Positions 57,592 through 60,343 of a stretch of 60,343 nt of DNA are shown here, one piece after another (the stretch's first letter is position 1; each line of letters opens with the position of its first letter). The translations under genes were made by a program, and so were the position numbers. The DNA lies in IMG/VR virus record IMGVR_UViG_3300027813_000013, positions 1 to 60,343 of that record; one strand, 5' to 3'. This DNA comes from a virus. Taxonomy: Duplodnaviria > Caudoviricetes. The notes beneath the pieces were generated by a model. That model was not told the origin of the DNA and did not search any database. It was given only the letters and a program-made list of their open reading frames with translations.

Positions 57592-58482
57592 TTAATTATC
57601 TTCTGCTAACTTAGCAAAATAAGACATATCCTCATCTTCTCCTTCAGAAGATGTTTCCTTATTCGTAGGAGGAGTAAAATTTTCTTCTGCAGTTTTTGGT
57701 TTAGATACAGGAGTACGCACCTCAGGAAGATTAGTTTCTACTATAAGAACAGAATCCAATCTCGCTTTCAAATCTTCATAAGACTTAAATTGATCATCAC
57801 CAGTAAACTCTGTAAGAGCATACTCTGAATTCCAAATCTTTTCAAGTTCAGTTTCATCATCTACGAGTTGTGTACCTTTATCAAATTCACTCTTATCGTA
57901 ATTTCGATAACCTTCAACTTGACGAATCTTTAATTTGAAGTTAGCCCCCTCCCAAAGATCAAATGGGTTGACAGGAGATTCGTCTTCAAATTCGGGATTC
58001 ATCACATCATTAACCTTATCGAAAATCTTCTTCCCAAATTTATACAAAAAGACTTTCCCCTCATTCTGAGGATTCTTTGTGTCAGAAACAACATAAATGT
58101 TGCTGATGTAAGTTAAGCGGCGCTTTTGCTTACGAGCAATATCTTTGTTCGCCTCTATTCCAGAATTCCAAAGTTGAGAATTATACTCTGAAACAGGATC
58201 TTTCTTACCAAGAGTTGTCAAAGAGTTTTCAATGTACCATTGTCCTGTTGGTCCTTGAAAACCATGATTGAAGACTCTTGCCCATGGAACATCCTCTCCA
58301 TCTACTGGGGGAAGAAATCGAATAACAGCAAATCCGTTTCCAGACTTGTCGATTTCAGGTTTCCAAAATCGATCATCGACATAACTCTTTGATTCAGAAG
58401 GAGTGTCGATCTTCTCGATTTCTTTGTGAAGATTTTGCATGAAGGATGCACGGGATTTTTTTAGTGCGGATAGTGTAGCCAT
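57592..58482 (-). CDS. gp32: Single-stranded DNA-binding protein
   Basis: DDRFWKPE.DKSGNG.AVIRFLP, HGFQGP.G.WYIENSLTT, GKVFLYKFGKKIFDK, GANFKLKI, acidic tail with YFAKLAE. Confidence 0.98.
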   Translation of the reverse strand: MATLSALKKSRASFMQNLHKEIEKIDTPSESKSYVDDRFWKPEIDKSGNGFAVIRFLPPVDGEDVPWARVFNHGFQGPTGQWYIENSLTTLGKKDPVSEYNSQLWNSGIEANKDIARKQKRRLTYISNIYVVSDTKNPQNEGKVFLYKFGKKIFDKVNDVMNPEFEDESPVNPFDLWEGANFKLKIRQVEGYRNYDKSEFDKGTQLVDDETELEKIWNSEYALTEFTGDDQFKSYEDLKARLDSVLIVETNLPEVRTPVSKPKTAEENFTPPTNKETSSEGEDEDMSYFAKLAEDN

Positions 58483-58526
58483 ATTTACCTTTCGTATATC
58501 GGAATATTCGTTGTATTAGTTGTATA

Positions 58527-59117
58527 TTAAATTTTGTCTCGTAAAATCTTACGAAACTTCGTCTTATCCACCTCCAAAAATGGAGTGTATTTTAAAACTT
58601 TATCTCTAAACTGAGGCCAGACAAAAGTTTCTTTTATCTTTTGATCCCAGTCAGGAACAAAGTTAAGTATCATATTAAGTATGGAAAAAGTTTCCATACA
58701 AATATATTTAGCAATCGCCTGTTTCAGTAATAAAGGATGTTGACCTTTTTTAATTTTGAACCAATTTTCAAAATCTTCTTTGATCAACAATTTATCAATA
58801 TCATTACTAAAAATATAACTCATGCTTTGTATTCTTTTTTGCCATTCTTTATATTTGACTTCTGCTTGTGAATCAAGTGCATCACCTATCCACAAATTTT
58901 CGTTCTCAATAAAGTTAGCAACAAAGAATTTCGATATCTCATCATCCTTATAACTTTTTGACAATTTCACAAAAAAGATTTGATCGTTGCGTTTTTTAAA
59001 AGCATTAAATGAGATTTTTCTTTTTTTATGCTTAAAGTAATCATACTTATTAGCATGGAAATGAGTCTTGATTGAAACATATTCTTTATAGCAATCAAAC
59101 GGATCCATTTTTATCAT
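58527..59117 (-). CDS. gp59: Helicase loader
   Basis: Y..Y..IK.HF....YDYFK, F.KRND..FF.KL, FFVANF, W.KRIQS..Y.F..D, HP.LL, I..ET, KY.PFL. Confidence 0.9.
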   Translation of the reverse strand: MIKMDPFDCYKEYVSIKTHFHANKYDYFKHKKRKISFNAFKKRNDQIFFVKLSKSYKDDEISKFFVANFIENENLWIGDALDSQAEVKYKEWQKRIQSMSYIFSNDIDKLLIKEDFENWFKIKKGQHPLLLKQAIAKYICMETFSILNMILNFVPDWDQKIKETFVWPQFRDKVLKYTPFLEVDKTKFRKILRDKI

Positions 59118-59338
59118 AGTCCTGGTATTGTAGCAGTTTTTGGGAGATAATGCAAGGCTGTAACCTCTTCTCTTAATTTATCTTTCAGAGAACCCTGAAC
59201 AAGTTTTCCAACTGTTTGAGGTTCCATTTGTGTTTCTTCACAATAATAGGATATTGCATCCAAGTATGTCATTTTTTTACTACTAACAATGTCTTCTATG
59301 ATAATTGCAAAATCTAGAGGTTTTATAGTTTTAATCAT
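59114..59338 (-). CDS. gp33: Late transcription coactivator
   Basis: F...IE.IV.....TYLDAI..YCEE...EP..V.KL....LKDKL..E...L.YLPK. Canonical gp33-gp59-gp32 order. Confidence 0.9.
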   Translation of the reverse strand: MIKTIKPLDFAIIIEDIVSSKKMTYLDAISYYCEETQMEPQTVGKLVQGSLKDKLREEVTALHYLPKTATIPGL

Positions 59339-60343
59339 TTCAGCAGTTTTTCTTTGTCTATTACTCTTATTACTTTAAGCACTTTTTGATAAACATTTTC
59401 TGGTGTGATAGTTTTAGTACATTCAAACATTCTATCAGTATTTTTATGATCTGGACACCAGATCCAATCGCCTGGATCAAATTTATGTCGATTATAACAA
59501 CTATTACAAACAGCATCATTATGAATTCTGAAACATTTTGAAGAGAATTCTGATTTAGGATTACTAAATCCTGATATTAATATTACATATTTATTTAAAG
59601 CCCACGCTAACCATGATAGACCAGAACCCAATCCAATGAAAAACTCAGCACCATTTAAAGTTGCTATCGTTTGATCTAAAGTTCGACCATGCCTGCCTAT
59701 CACATTTTTAGGTGATTTATTAAAATATTCTCCTTGTCCAAATGACTCATGTTTATCAATACATACTACATTATAACCCTTTTTGGATAAAAAGTCAACC
59801 ACTTTGTCCCAGCCCTCTGGATTATTCCAATATTTTGCTTGAGCAGTTGATTGCATACCAATGCAAACATATGGTTTTTTCAATTCTGTTTCTGTTTCTT
59901 TAACTTTTATGTTACATCTTGTTTCTTTAAAATCTTTAATTCCAAGAATACCTGCACATAATTCTTGCAAAGAAACATCTTTCATATCTACAGGGGATTG
60001 GGTACTAGTCTCAAAAAAACCTATTCTATAAGAAGATACAAAATCATTAAAACCAGATTCAGGAGTTATAAAGGTTATTTCAGGATATGAATCTATCAAA
60101 TGCTCATTGTAAAATGTACTGCAATACATTTTACAATTATGTTTTTTACGAAATTCTTCAACAACTGGCGTCCAAGCTAAAGTATCTCCCAATGCAACTG
60201 AATCAAACCAAACAAAAACATTTTTATTTGTAAGGTCTTGTTCATACTCAAATTCTATTTTTTCTGTTTCGATATTTATTGCTTCAACCCTCCAATTTAT
60301 ATAATAATCAAGACCGCAAGCAACCCATCCTCCAGTAGAAATA
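59335..60343 (-). CDS. Aah/TibC-family (BAHT) protein O-heptosyltransferase, 5' end outside the window
   Basis: The frame stays open past the ORF-track start (..GGWVACGLDYYINWRVE..VFVWFDSVALGDTLAW..). Motifs LGDxLxW, YVCI..QSTAQAKYWNN..GW, FFIGLGSGLSWLAW, ISGFS.P..EF and the iron-binding C-x2-C...WCP.H.....FECTK.I match the family. Confidence 0.85.
   Translation of the reverse strand, partial: ISTGGWVACGLDYYINWRVEAINIETEKIEFEYEQDLTNKNVFVWFDSVALGDTLAWTPVVEEFRKKHNCKMYCSTFYNEHLIDSYPEITFITPESGFNDFVSSYRIGFFETSTQSPVDMKDVSLQELCAGILGIKDFKETRCNIKVKETETELKKPYVCIGMQSTAQAKYWNNPEGWDKVVDFLSKKGYNVVCIDKHESFGQGEYFNKSPKNVIGRHGRTLDQTIATLNGAEFFIGLGSGLSWLAWALNKYVILISGFSNPKSEFSSKCFRIHNDAVCNSCYNRHKFDPGDWIWCPDHKNTDRMFECTKTITPENVYQKVLKVIRVIDKEKLLK

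Noticed and set aside
1-60343. tRNA/rRNA genes and stop-codon reassignment
   Set aside because: Intergenic gaps are too short or show no cloverleaf, and core genes are full length in the standard code.

Overview
AT-rich fragment of a large T4-like myovirus genome, with gene content and order resembling marine or environmental T4-like phages. It carries the late structural module (gp20, 19, 18, 17, 16, 15, 14, 13, a VrlC/DUF4815-like giant protein, gp8, 7, 6, 25, 5, 27-like, 53, two gp48-like genes, gp4, 2, 54-like, 26, 51, probable tape measure), followed by gp32, gp59, gp33 and a truncated Aah/TibC-type protein O-heptosyltransferase. The accessory region downstream of the portal is the most unusual part. 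It holds two very large Ser/Ala-rich Gly-X-Y (collagen-like) modular fibre genes, a small putative adaptor gene, and a gene missed by the ORF track that ends in at least 16 C-[N/D]-C-N-[F/Y]-C-[P/T] repeats. The best candidate for an undescribed system is a post-translationally modified virion fibre: serine-dense fibres plus a phage-encoded heptosyltransferase, plus a Cys-repeat protein. Other signals read from the DNA are a probable -1 frameshift fusing gp26 and gp51 just upstream of the tape measure gene, apparently leaderless late transcripts, a hairpin sequestering the portal RBS with a late promoter inside it, and a catalytically degenerate HNH gene. All family calls come from recognising motifs by eye; no database searches were run.
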